The notes beneath the pieces are model-generated. The model was not told where the DNA came from. It saw only the letters and a list, made by a program, of their open reading frames with translations, and did no database searches. Shown here piece after piece: positions 10,786 to 23,269 of a stretch of DNA of 64,000 bases; position 1 is the first letter of the stretch, and each line of letters opens with the position of its first letter. The position numbers were made by a program, and so were the translations under genes. Location: contig NW_005434665.1 of assembly GCF_000315625.1 (NCBI RefSeq), forward strand, positions 305,198-369,197, in the 5' to 3' direction. This DNA comes from Guillardia theta CCMP2712. Its lineage: Eukaryota; Protista; Cryptophyta.

Positions 10786-13700
10786 TTAGTATGGCAGTCT
10801 CGTACAAACAGAAGGTCCGGTAGCTGAGGTTAGATGGCAGTTCCAACCAGCTTCGGTGTAGCACGTCGACGAACAACCGTCGTTGTCCAGGTTGTTTCCG
10901 TCATCGCACTGCTCACGACCCTGAATAACTCCGTTGCCGCACAAGGATTGAGGATGATGGGTCTGAAAGACTGGGTCGGTTGGCTTGGTGACGCTCGAAG
11001 GATCTCGATTCTGCCAGGAAGTTGTTGTCGCGAAGTAGGGCGAAGGGCCAGGGCTGACTCGCAGCGGCACGCTGCTGCTCCTTGGCTGGTACACGGAAGC
11101 ATCGTTGGAGTTCGACACTGGGTAGCCGACAACGATGGACTCGAGCTCGATGCTGCCTTTGCCGGGGGGCGTCTTGATGGTGAAGTCAAAGGACCTCTGG
11201 GAGCTGCCAGCTTGTGTGCGGAGCAAACTTGCAAACTTGTTCCTCGGGATGACGATGCTGTCCACGTAGTAGCTCTGGGGAGAATATTGAGTGTAGTCCT
11301 TCAAGAACAAGTTGCCCAGATGCTCGCCATTCTCACCCGCCAACAGCTGGAGGTAGTTGTAGCCGTGAGGCCATTCCTTGTGCTGCTCCACGTATTCAGG
11401 GTATTCATATCGGATCACATCAATCTCCTCAGCAACGTAGGTCTCTTGATTGGACATTCCGCTCGAGATGGTTGTCTGTCCGCTGACCCCAGGGAAAGGG
11501 TGAATCGTGTACAGCGTGTTGCTAGTTGGAACGGAGGAAAAGGGAACATCGACCATCACATACTCTGTCGAGGTGCCCACTGAAGACCGAATGATAGTCC
11601 GAGTTTCCCCCACCGCACCGCCTGTATCCTTGAGAATCACTTGCAGATTGTATCCGACGCAAGACGGCTCAGAGGGCTTGGCAGTTGGCGCAGAGACATA
11701 GAAGCCGCCGGCAGCAGTGATGGTGATGCTCGCGATCTCTCCGTTGGAAACTGTGTAGGTTGCCTGTGCTCCTGAACCTCCGCCCCCCTCGAAAATGATC
11801 AGGCCGTTGACTGCACATCCGCTCATGGATCCTGAAATGTTCACAGAGGCCACCGATGTTGAGAGGGTGATCTTTCTGCCCACGTAAGAATCCTTGCTCA
11901 CGGCTGCGTGGCTGTCCAGGTAGAAGCTGGAAGTACTGGCTTGTGTCGTGACGACACTGCCAGTGACGTAGTTCGTCTCAAGAACCGTGAATTGCTGGTA
12001 CACAGTAGGAGGGCCTTGTCTGGGGTATCGCGTTCCTAGTACACCGCGACATTCGGGAAGCCCATCTCGGAGTTCACTAGTGCCATGGACGTTGGTGTAG
12101 GAAGCAGGGATAGCCTTGCTGCATGAATGCCACTTGATGTCATAAACATATCCGGACTTGATCGGCCTGGGGAATGTGGCGATTGCGATGGCACTAGCGC
12201 TGTAGTACTCTTGGATTTCGGCAATATACCAGATGCGATATATGGACGTCTGGTCGGGGATGACCTGCCATGGTTCGCTGACGTAAACAGTTCGACTGGC
12301 TCCATGATAACTGTCAATCAGTCTGGTTTGCCCAGCCCCTGTTCCATCTTCGATGGTCACGTACAGACCAGTGTACGCGTTGTTAGTACTTGAAGATGGA
12401 CGAGAAACCCCTCCCAGGAGCTGCATTTGATCCATGCCTTGTCCTTGGTTGAAACCTGCTGGGCCTTCAACATAGGCATATCCAAAGGAATAAAGGTGCG
12501 TCCAAGTTTGAGCTTGCGTCTGCAGCTGACCACGGACAACAGTCAAGTTGGCAGTGGAGCCTGAGGTGAAAACAACTGCTGTGACATACACTATTTCCTC
12601 CTTGGGCGACCCAGGGATCAAATTTCCTTTGTCTGTCAATCTCAAATACATATTTGGAATGATTCCCTTCGCATCTTGCACTACTAGATTCGTGGAAGCA
12701 ACACTGACGGAGTTTTCTAGATACGATTCCTTGAAACCGGCAAGTCCATCAGAGGGATACAAGTTGTTGTAGTATCCATCTCCAGCTAACTTGAGCACCC
12801 ATGCCTCGACATTCCTGGGACTGATTGAATTGGACCTGCCTGTCGCAGAATCCCAGGAGGAATAGATGGAAAGCTTTGCCCCAGGGTCGTTGCTGATGAC
12901 TTTGGCTGTACCATAAGTGTATGTCACTCTCAAGTCAACATTCTTGAGACAGTCTGTGACAAGGTTTTCATAAATTTGGAAAGGACGATATATTTTGTAC
13001 ACAGCATTCACTGTGAAACCTCGCTCCAAGGGTCGATCCAAATAAGCATATCTTGAAGTCGTGAACGAATTGATGACATATTGTTGAGTATTTGAGTCTT
13101 CCGAGATTTGAATGATCATTCCTGTGTAATAATTTTGTACAGACGATGACTGACTGTCTAAAATGACATAGGCATCTCCCAAGCTAGAAGCATTCTGTAA
13201 ATTCAGTCCTGATGAACCGACCAAACTTTCGCTGGTGATATCTGAGATCGTAGAACCGAGTGTTGCCATTCGAGCAAAGATGATATAAGTCGTAGATGAC
13301 GTTGGAGTCTTACCCAAAGGCGAGTCGAAGGTCAGAACGTAGTTGCTGCTATATCCCGCAACAGTCCTCGTATAAATATCGTCTCCCGTGGATGGATTTC
13401 CATCAATGTCGACGGTTATCTGCACTCCAACATAGAAATCCTGGACTGCAATACCTCCGCATGAAGCTGTCTGACATATTTGGATTACGCTGGAGTTGTA
13501 GACTTGAGATACTGTCCCTTCATACACGCCGACGTAGGAGGAAACATTATGCATCTCCCAAGTATTTTGAGCACCCAAGATTCTGACTTCATAGCCCACA
13601 TAAGCATTGGCATAGGTTGACGCTGAGCTATCGAATCGGACCATCTGGTTGTAACGAGTCTGAATGTATCCAACTTGCAGGTTTCCTGTTGCGCAGGTAA

Positions 13701-16700
13701 GTTGTGGATCAAGAGCAAGAGCAACAGATCCGGTTGAAGTTCCACCATCCCTTGAGTTCCTTGCAAACTGAGAGACGAGGTCTGCACTAATACGGTAATT
13801 GTTGGAGGTGCTAGGAGTTGCTGACAGCGTGGGATACAAGTATGCTGTTTTTGTTGCACCATTGTATCCTGAAATGGTAGCTGACAGTCCTGCAGCAGTT
13901 TCGAGGGTGGCTGTGATGACAGCGTTGCAACTATCTCCCGCAGCAAAGGAGATTGTTGGAGCACTATCATAACCCGTTCCTTTACTCACAAGGGTGACAG
14001 CATTCACAGCTCCACCGCTCACAGTATATGTGGCTGTGGCTCCAGTTCCTCCTCCATTGGAAATGATGAGAGTACCTGCGTTTGTGCATGTCGTTCCGCC
14101 ACTCTGAATATTGAGTGCTGAAAGGGGACCAGAGAAAAATATCTTCATGCCAACGTAGATATTGTTGACAGCAGAGGATGTACTACTCAGCTGTACATGG
14201 TCAGTGCTGCCCGCCTGCAAGTACCCGGTTGCACATGGGGAATCTTCCGTGCAAGTATCGATCGTGCTGGAATCAGGATCGACACAATCGTTTGTAATGC
14301 AATTCGAATAGGCGGACACTGCCAAAGTTGCATCAGCATTGTCAATTCTGTGGGTTTGAGGACAACACTCTGTACCATCTGAGTTCTTGTAAACCCACAT
14401 GCTTCCCATGTCAGAAACAGTATCCTTGTCGACCCTCATTACACTGAGGCCATCTTCGACACCATCATAAGCAAATTTCGACCTCACTGCCTGACCAACA
14501 TGACGAGTGACGTATCGAACGTGTTGCTGCCATGTTGCTGCCACGAAAATTGTAACATCACCGGCAGGTAGAGGGAAATTTGGCTGTTTGAAAAAGTAGG
14601 AATTAGGTCTTTCGAGCGATGTGCGAATATAAGGTCCAGAATTGATAGATTGCATGAAACAATGCAAGAGAGGGAATGACAAGGTAAGAGGACTGATTCT
14701 TGAGGCTCCCTCTGCATTTTGACTGAATGCATTTGAAGCGGGCGATGCATAGAGATACAACTTTATCTGATCATTACTGGTCATGTTGATGAGTTTGTCA
14801 CGAGGAATTCTCAGAGTGTCCGTGTAGTTCACCACGGTATTTCCCATCGTCCACCGGTTGTCGGCAGGAATACAGTGAGATGGAGCCACTGGAGAAGTTG
14901 TATCACAATTCGTGACATTGACAAAGGGGATGGGAGACGGCTCAGGTCCAAAAGAAGTCGTTGAGTACATGGGATTGCCTTGCATGTGACTGCGCAGACT
15001 TTCAAATGATTCCTTCCTGAACAGATCTCCAATCTTCGTGAAATTCTCATCGTATACACTGATGTATTTGTTCAGCGAGAAGATGTCTGCTCCTACTGTC
15101 ACGCTGAAGGAGGCATCACCCGATGGACTTCCCATACTCCCAGGGGGCACTCTGTAAATGACGGAGACATTCAAAGGGTCAGATCCTGGCACGCTGGCAG
15201 AGGCTGAGAATCGATAATCGGTAGCATACTTTTTCGTGTAACAGATGCCGGCAGTGAATCTCAACCTCAAGGATCGAAAGATCACTTTTCCATCGAGTTC
15301 ACACCCGATGCAAGCTGTGTTGTTCCCACAGTCATTAGATCCTGAGCCAAAGTTGCAATGAAATGTCGCTCCACCACCACCAACTCCTGTGAAAGTATTT
15401 GGGACACTACCATCTTTAAAGGATCGAAACGTGAACTTGAGCTGACCATCAGCAGAGTACTGCATCATTCTATCTTGCGAAATTGCGATTGAGTCTATGT
15501 AAGGAGTACTTTCTGAAAATTGAACTGGGCCCTCCATATCATTTCCAGGCATCCATGGCTTGCAATGAGTGTTCTCCTTGCCGTAAACTCCAGGTTCGAC
15601 AACGTCATTTCGACCTCCCCTAAAACCCTTCTGTTCAGGTCTGTAACCAAGTGGATTGTTAGGGTCTGCAGGCATCCCAGTGCAACCTGTTTCTGGCCCA
15701 TACGCATTGTAAGGATACTGCCCTTCATACATATACGACAGGTTCCCACTGAAAAGAGCACCAAGGTAAACTCCATCTTCACCATACACATGGATGCTTG
15801 TGCCAGGGCTGGCAATATCTCCCTGCGCCTCCACGGTCAAGGATGCAGAAGAGCAGATCTCGGGAACGGAACCGAAGTAGTAGTCCTTGACAAACGGCAT
15901 GCGAATAGGAATACCCTTGATTCCAATGTTCTGATTTTTGGTTGCGGTTGTCCAAGATGCCGGTTCATTCAGTCCAGGTCCCTCAAAATCATACGAGCAC
16001 CGAGAGAATCCGCTATTGTATTGACCAATTCCACCACCCTTGCAGCGATCCACATTTGGTGGAACGAAGTATGGTCTTCCTTCATTATAATCAGTTCCTT
16101 GAACGATTTGTGCTGCCGTCGACAAGTCATACGGTCTCGCAAAATTGCTTGGACAGTCGCCAGCCATGCAGCAATAAGCATCAGGAGATTGCATGCAACC
16201 TGGCCGATCAAACACAATTTCATAGTAGTCGTTACTAACGCAAGTTTTGGAAGTGCAACATGTTTGCGAAGCAGCAGGAGGGCTTGTCGAGCTGGAGTTC
16301 ACCAAAGTGCCATTTATGAGTGTTTGAACTTGACTTGTTTCACCTCCTTTGTTGAGAGATCCTTCAATGATAGAAACGTTCCTCAGCCAAGTTGCCTCGT
16401 TTCCAGGAAAATATGAACCTCTGATCCAAATTCCAGTCATAGTTTGTAAGCACTTAATGAATTCGTGCTTCGTTGGATTTCTGGACACCAATTTACCATC
16501 TCGCGGGAGCTTTACATTGACCATTTCCCATTGAGAACCATTCCTGGAAGTGAACGTTTCATCAAGGCGAACATTGTACAGGTGGCTGAGGTAAGTTGGA
16601 TCCTCACTGAATACACCCTTGATGCCCATAGTGAACTTCTTCTTGCTAGACACTAATTGCACATCATATGCAGGCATCGGAGGTAAACCCATGGATTCAT

Positions 16701-17116
16701 ACTCGTAATGCCCGAGGTTGTATGTCAACCACCTATCGTTAACATCATTAGAGTTTCAAACAACAAAACATGCATATTTACCCATTGTAGGCTAAGGTCA
16801 TATCACCAGGGAGAAAAGTGCTTGGAGATGCAAAATACCAGATGCCGTTGGTGACCTGACTGGAATCCATAGCTGCAAGAGATTCGCCTTCTAGAAACAA
16901 TCCTTGTTGCGACCAGCCAGCTCCCTGATGAAAAGTCACGGCATCAGTGAAGTTAAATGTAGACAGGTTGGCACAGCAAACCTGTATGGTCCAATTCTGT
17001 AGTCCGAGAAAGAAATCCGAAACTGTTAGTACGTCTCCGGGCATTCCCATCGCTGACTTGTTGACGACAAGGAGAGATACCAAAAAAAGATATGCTGCGA
17101 AATGATTGATACGCAT
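10786..17116 (-). CDS. Giant secreted mosaic protein (~2,050 aa): signal peptide, laminin-B (domain IV)-like domain, repeated beta modules, C-terminal Myxococcus-type Cys-rich repeat
   Basis: 1980-aa uninterrupted ORF plus small 5' exons (ATG 17116; introns ~16981-16925 and ~16781-16732); WYFASP..F.GDMTLAYNG and EF..CL..MT.I.IRGSY motifs; CGNGVIQGREQCDDGNNLDNDGCSSTC..E.GW.C at the C-terminus. Confidence 0.85.
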
Positions 17117-17679
17117 ATTGACCAAGTAGTCTTGTGACAGACGAGCTTTCTTTCGCCTCCTGCACTCAGCAGAAGTTTTCCGTCTGCACCTCAAGAACGA
17201 ACAAGGGTGCAGTGTCTTTGTGTTACAAACTGAGCGATGGCAGTAGAAAGAGAGGATCAACTAAGGACAAAGTGCAACAAGAGCAGCCAAGCAAAGAGAC
17301 AGAGAGAGAGAGAGAGAGAAGTCCTATCCTCTTGTGACACCTCAACCCTTCAACGCCGCGCTGAAACCATGGCGCATACTCAGGGGTGAAACGGATAGGG
17401 TTAGGGGTTCTTAGCCTGGGGTGGCGTGGGTGGCTATCTTCTCAAGTACCCCGTCCTGCTACTCACAAAGGAAGGGTGAGGGATGTGGCTAAGGAAACGG
17501 TTGGGAGCAATGAGGTAGGGGGGAGATGGGAAGATGAGGGTCGGGTAGGGCTTAAATAAATTAGTAGGTCCGCAATGTTGTTCTAGCAAGGATAATGTAT
17601 GCTACCGACCTTGGGTGGTCAAAATCTCTTTTTAAAGCCACCCCGACGGCGGTTGAATTATCCTTTGCTGCTATCAAGT

Positions 17680-18010
17680 GAGCCTGCCCCGGACCGGGGC
17701 TACCGTACTGGGCGCGGCCCGGCGTCCCACCGTCTACCCGGCACTGGCTTGACTGGCAGCTTCAGTGGAGCCCGGCCTAGTAACTTTGAAACGCTCGGAG
17801 CGGCAGCCCGGCCGGCGGCGTGACTCGGATCGGACCGGTCACCGTCCGAGTCCTGCCACTGTGACACCAGCCAGCCTGTGACACGCCGGTCAGTCGGCGA
17901 GACGGTGACCGCCTTAACGGGGCCGTACTCTTACTCAGTCAGGCTGAGTATTTTGAGGAGTCAGACCCCTCAGAGTCTCATCAGGCTGCCGGGCCGCAAG
18001 CCGGGTAAAA
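17680..18010. promoter_or_regulatory. GC/CpG-rich island between the divergent giant-protein and AP-3 delta genes
   Basis: CCGG-rich with repeated GACTC/GAGTC words, flanked by GGGT-rich and AT-rich DNA. Confidence 0.4.
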
Positions 18011-18705
18011 CCGTTACAATATGACAAGCGAAAACATAACCGCCAAAAATTCCGCCCTGCATTTTTAACAAAAGTTTCAAAAGTTGTATTAAAATTTCAA
18101 ATTTTTAGATAATTAATTATAGTTGCAAGACCAAAAGAATGAGGGAACCCCACCTACGCAGGTAAACATTGTGTCGATGACGCAGCCACGCGGCAGGCAT
18201 GGCAGTGGAAGAGGAAAATGCAATGGGATGCAATGCAGAAGATATGGTAGACACCGAAGCAACGATGTTTCAGAGAGAAAATTTACCTGGAAAATGTGTG
18301 ATGCATGTTTAGGGTGCTAAAATCCATGTGATGTAATGAGAGTTCTGGAATTGATACTGGGAGTTAGTTTGGATAGAAAGGAACGGTTCATTATGATCGG
18401 ATAATTGTTTAGTTCGATGTTAGATTCCTGATTCGCTGAATTCTTACGAATATTTTGTTCAGATTGAAGAAATTCATCTTCTTGTCAAGTTCTGCGAAGA
18501 ATTTGATTCGCCCTCAAGATTTGTGCTTACGCAGCAGCCACTTGATCTTTGAAGGTTGGCGTGCGGCGGCAGAGGGTTTTAGCAAAGGTAAGTTGTATGA
18601 TCTTTCACGAATTTTCTTTCTGTTCTACCTCTTTGCTCTTTCAACGTATTGCAGTGACATGCACTACCAATGACTTTCTTTTCAGTCTGAAGGGATCAAT
18701 TGAAA

Positions 18706-21700
18706 ATGTTCGAGAAGACGCTTTCGGATCTTGTGAAGGGTCTTAGATCCAACAAGCGACGTGAAGCAGAGTATGTATCCAAATGTATTGCAGAGATCAA
18801 GGAAGAGCTTCAAAGCAAAGACAAGAGTCATACTGTCAAGGCCAACGCGGTGGTAAAGCTGGCTTATTTGCAAATGCTCGGATATGATATGCAATGGGCT
18901 TCCTTTCACATTGTCGAAGTGATGTCATCTCCTGGTTTTGCTCAAAAGCGTTTAGGATATCTTGGTGCTTCCGTATCCTTTAATGATGAAACAGAAGTGG
19001 TGTTACTCTGCACAAACATGTTCAAGAAGGACTTCCAAGATGCTAGCCCATTCGTAGTTGGCCTTGCCATCAATTGCTTGGCCAATATCTGCACCACAGA
19101 TCTTGCGCGAGACCTGGTTGCTGATGTTGTGCAGCTCATGAACAGCAACAGGGCTTATGTTAGGAAGAAGGCAGTTCTGGTCATGTACAAGATTTTTCTA
19201 AAGTTCCCTGACGCTCTCCGACCTTCGTTCCCCAAACTCAAGGAGAAATTGGAAGACAGGGATACTTCGACGGTATCATGCGCTGTCAACGTGATTTGCG
19301 AGTTGGCCAGGAAAAACCCTCAGAATTATCTTGCGCTAGCTCCCATCTTCTTCAAACTACTCACGCACACAGCGAACAATTGGATGCTAATCAAAATCGT
19401 CAAACTTCTAGGAGCACTATGTCCTCTGGAACCACGCTTAGGCAAGAAATTGGTCGAACCTCTTACCAATTTGATTAATACCACACCTGCAAAATCGCTT
19501 CTTTATGAGGCAATCCATACAGTGTCAGTTGGTATGACCCCTCATTTGGAAATTGTTCAGCTTTCGATGGAAAAGTTGAAGGATTTTGTTGAGGATGAAG
19601 ATCAAAATCTGAAATATCTTGGCTTGTTGGCTATGGGAAATTTCATGAAGGTCCATCCAAGGATTGTAGCTGAGCACAAAACAATGATTCTCAAATGTTT
19701 GAATGATGAAGATATCACGATTCGCCATCGCGCCCTTGATTTGGTTTCAGGGATGGTTACCAAGAAGAATCTACAAGATATTGTTCGTATTCTTATGGAG
19801 CACGTTGACAACTCTGAGGGAAGTTTTCGGCATGATCTCGTCGACAAGATAATCGAGGTGTCGTCAGCAAATGGATACGCTGCGGTTACCAACTTCGAAT
19901 GGTACATCACGACTTTGTGCAAGCTCGCCAGAGTTCCGGGTGTTTGTAACGGTCTGAATTTGAAGAACCAGCTGATGGACGTCATCATTCGTGTCAGAGC
20001 TGTTCGTGAATTTGGAGTTGCGGCTATGGTTGACATTCTCCGCGACATTGACATGTTGTCTCAGTGCAGCAGGGATCCTACCTCAGCTGAGGTGATGTAT
20101 GCTGCTGCCTGGTTGGTAGGAGAGTTCTCTGACCTGCTCGAGGACTCAAAGAGAGCTGGAGTTATGGATTCTCTTCTCTCCAAGAGGGTGATGTGTCTCC
20201 CAGAACATGTACAAAGTGTGTACCTGCACAGTGCTTTGAAGATTTACGTCAGTGCTTCCAAAGGCTTCTCACCAACAGGAAATCTCCTAGAGGATGAAAG
20301 CATCTCGAATCACACTGGAGATCTCCTCTCCCAAGCTGAGACTGCCTCATCCCAACTGGGGGAAGCGGCTGCAAACCCGCAGAATGACTTGGACCTTCTC
20401 CTAGGCTCTGATCTTCCTCCGATGCAACAAGCACCTCAAGTCGCTGAAGCTGCCGCAGTCCCTTCAGGTGCCGTACAAGCGAGGCCAGCGAATGTCCCCT
20501 CTGCTCAGCTATACAACATCTTGGACGAACGGCTTCCGGCTTTTGAGAAGAGCACGCTGCTGGAGGTGCAAGAGCGAGCCTGTATCTGTCATCACCTTTT
20601 GGAACTTGTAAAGGAAGCAGAATCTCTTGGATCCGAGACCATTCTTCAAAGCCAGTTCGAGTCGATGTTTCTGGACGAGCTGAAGCCCGTGGCACCCAAA
20701 GCTCAGTCAAAAGTGCCAGTTCCTGAAGGCCTTGACCTTGATGCAAGAATCCATGACGTTGAACTAGAGGATGAGCCAACAGAAGATGAAAGTGAGCACT
20801 CAGCAAATGAGCAAGATGAGGACAGCGATGGCGAGAAGAAGAAGAAGAAGAAGAAGGAAAAAAGTTCAGGATGGAGTGAAAATGACTTCATGGGCTCAGA
20901 CAAGTTTGCAATTAAACCATCCAAGAAGGAACTGAAGAAGATGCAGAAACAAGCTGAGAAGGAACGCAAGAAGAGAATCACGGATCCGTTCTATCTTGGT
21001 GCCAAGACCGCATCAGAGGAGCAAGCTGTCTTGCTTGATGCTCAGGAAGTGGAGGCTATTCCGATCTTCCATCTCAGTGATGATGAAGAGGGGGGCAAGA
21101 AGAAGAAGCGAAAAAGCAAGAAGAAGAAGAATGACAGTGACGAGGATGACGGGCAGGACGAGCCGTCAACTCCGAACTCTTCGAATGCTCCTCTTGTACA
21201 CATGGGATACGAAATGCCTGACGCGGATGGCGATGACGAGGATGCCAACGAAGACGCAGGAGCATCGCGAGATGAACTTGCTGCCAAGCTTAATGTGGAC
21301 TTGTCGAAGCCCCTGAAGGCATCTGAGGTCCTTCCTACCATCAAACAATATGAACGCAAGTCGCGATATGAAATTGAAGAGGAAGAGAGGAAGAAGAAGA
21401 AGAAGGAGAAGAAGGAGAAGGAGAAAATGAAGAAGGAGAAGAAGGACAAGAAGAGCAAGGAACACGAAGATGATACGAATTCAAAAGATGATCTGTTGGA
21501 TTTTGAAAAGCTCTCAGAGGACAACAAGGATTCAGAGCAAAAGGATGACTTGTTAGATGAAATTTCATCTTCCAAGCCGTCAGCGCCAGTACAGAATCGA
21601 TCGGCCTTGGTTGCCTCTGACGACCTTGATCTCCTTTTTGAGACAAAATCTGCATCATTGCCGGAGGAAGTTGTGGTGAGTGGGTGACGAAGAATATCCA

Positions 21701-22658
21701 TAAAGTCTGACTTATTGCATAGGACAAGGGTGGGAAGAAGAAGGAATCGAAGAAGAGCAAGGATCACAGCTCCAAACGTAAGGATGAGACTGAGAGCGAA
21801 GAGGAGAGCGAAGAGGAGGACAAGAAGTCCAAGAAAGACAAGAAGAAAGACAGCGGGAAGAAGGACAAGAAGAAGAAGGACAAGAAAGAGAAATCAGACA
21901 AGAAGAGTTCCAAGAAGGATCGGGAGAGTCCGCGGGAGGATCAGTGTCCCCGTCTCATCCCTCGCTCGCTTGGGAGCGACAAGATGATCAAGGCCACTTA
22001 CGAGGCCAAGGCTGCTCTCGACTCCAACGCCAAGGTGCCGCCGGTGATAGTGACGGTCACTTTGACCAACACGGGAGACTTCACCTTGCAACCGGTCTCC
22101 ATCAACGTGACTACAAGCATGAATGTACGGCTCTCCACTCCTCCCAACGAGCTGCAGCTCCTGGGCCCTGGCAGCTCAGCTGAGATCAGGATGGAGCTGG
22201 TGGTCGCCAGCGTTGGCAAGCCGCACAAGGTCAAGTGCTCGATCAAGTACGAGGCGACGGGCGAGGGTGCCCCGGCAGCTCCGATCACAGTTCCCTGTGA
22301 GATGCTCCTCCCTTGCTCCTCCTTCCTCGTGGCACGGGCGATGACCCACGACGAGTTCAACTCTCTCATCGGCTCCAACTCAACGCCGCACAAGTCAAGT
22401 GCTGTGATCGAAGCCGGAGGGAGACCATTCAAGCACTCCCTCCACCTCCTCGCCTCTCTCCTCAACCTGCGGGTCGTTCACTCTATGGATGGAGCCGCCT
22501 GCCTGTACGCCATGTCGGTACTTGGCCACCATGTCGCAGTGCTGGCGAAAGCGAAGGGAGGAAGCATGGTTAGCGTTGACATGCGATGCAGCGATGAGGC
22601 GCTGTGCCAGCAGCTTTGCAACGAAGTCTCGGGGCTGCCGTTGTTCATAGCCCAGTGA
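18706..22658 (+). CDS. AP3D1: AP-3 complex subunit delta (delta-adaptin)
   Basis: N-terminus MFEKTLSDLVKGLR; adaptin trunk motifs KRLGYL, ALRPSFPKLKEKLED, NNWMLIKIVKL, LEPRLGKKL, DQNLKYLGL, VPVPEGLDLD, DPFYL; charged hinge; intron 21676-21722; ear-like C-terminus; probable 5'-UTR intron 18588-18685. Confidence 0.96.
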
Positions 22659-22679
22659 ATGATTTTGTAAGAAACTTTG

Positions 22680-22720
22680 AGGGGCAGGAGAGGGGCAGGA
22701 GAGGGGCAGGAGAGGGGCAG
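22680..22720 (+). repeat. 11-nt tandem repeat (AGGGGCAGGAG), about 3.7 copies, in the AP3D1 3' region
   Basis: Read directly from the sequence. Confidence 0.8.
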
Positions 22721-22924
22721 TTTTTTCATTCAGGGATCCAATAAAGGCAGCTCATTAGGGATCGAATAAAGGCAGCATTAGCGAATCTCTTAAAGATCTT
22801 CCTCAAGCCTCACCTCTAACTTGTGATTCAAACTCTGCTTCAAACTTCGCGCGAAAGTTTCAAAGTTCGTTAGGACCCGCTAAGTTCAAGGTCGATCGAA
22901 CATGTGGGCCCAGAATGAATCATG

Positions 22925-23073
22925 NNNNNNNNNNNNNNNNNNNNNNNNNNNNNNNNNNNNNNNNNNNNNNNNNNNNNNNNNNNNNNNNNNNNNNNNNNNN
23001 NNNNNNNNNNNNNNNNNNNNNNNNNNNNNNNNNNNNNNNNNNNNNNNNNNNNNNNNNNNNNNNNNNNNNNNNN
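22925..23073. other. Assembly gap (N run) next to a GA-rich low-complexity tract
   Basis: N characters. Confidence 0.99.
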
Positions 23074-23269
23074 CGAGGGACGAACGGACGGATGGATGGA
23101 GTGAGGGAGCGAGGGGAGCGAGGGGAGCGAGGGAGGGAGCGAAGGAGATTGAGGGGAGCGAGGGAGGGGAGCGAGGGGGATTGAGGGGGAGGGGGGCGGA
23201 GGGGACCGAGGGGACTGAGGGGAGGTAGGTGGGGGGGGAGTGGGGGAGGGGAGGGGGAGGGAGGGGAGG

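Noticed and set aside
10786-16728. Integrated prophage or giant-virus segment
   Set aside because: A single gene with a signal peptide and spliceosomal introns, flanked by host genes; no capsid, polymerase or integrase nearby
17393-17410. Telomere-like TAGGGTTAGGGGTT
   Set aside because: Only about two imperfect units; part of the general GGGT-rich upstream tracts
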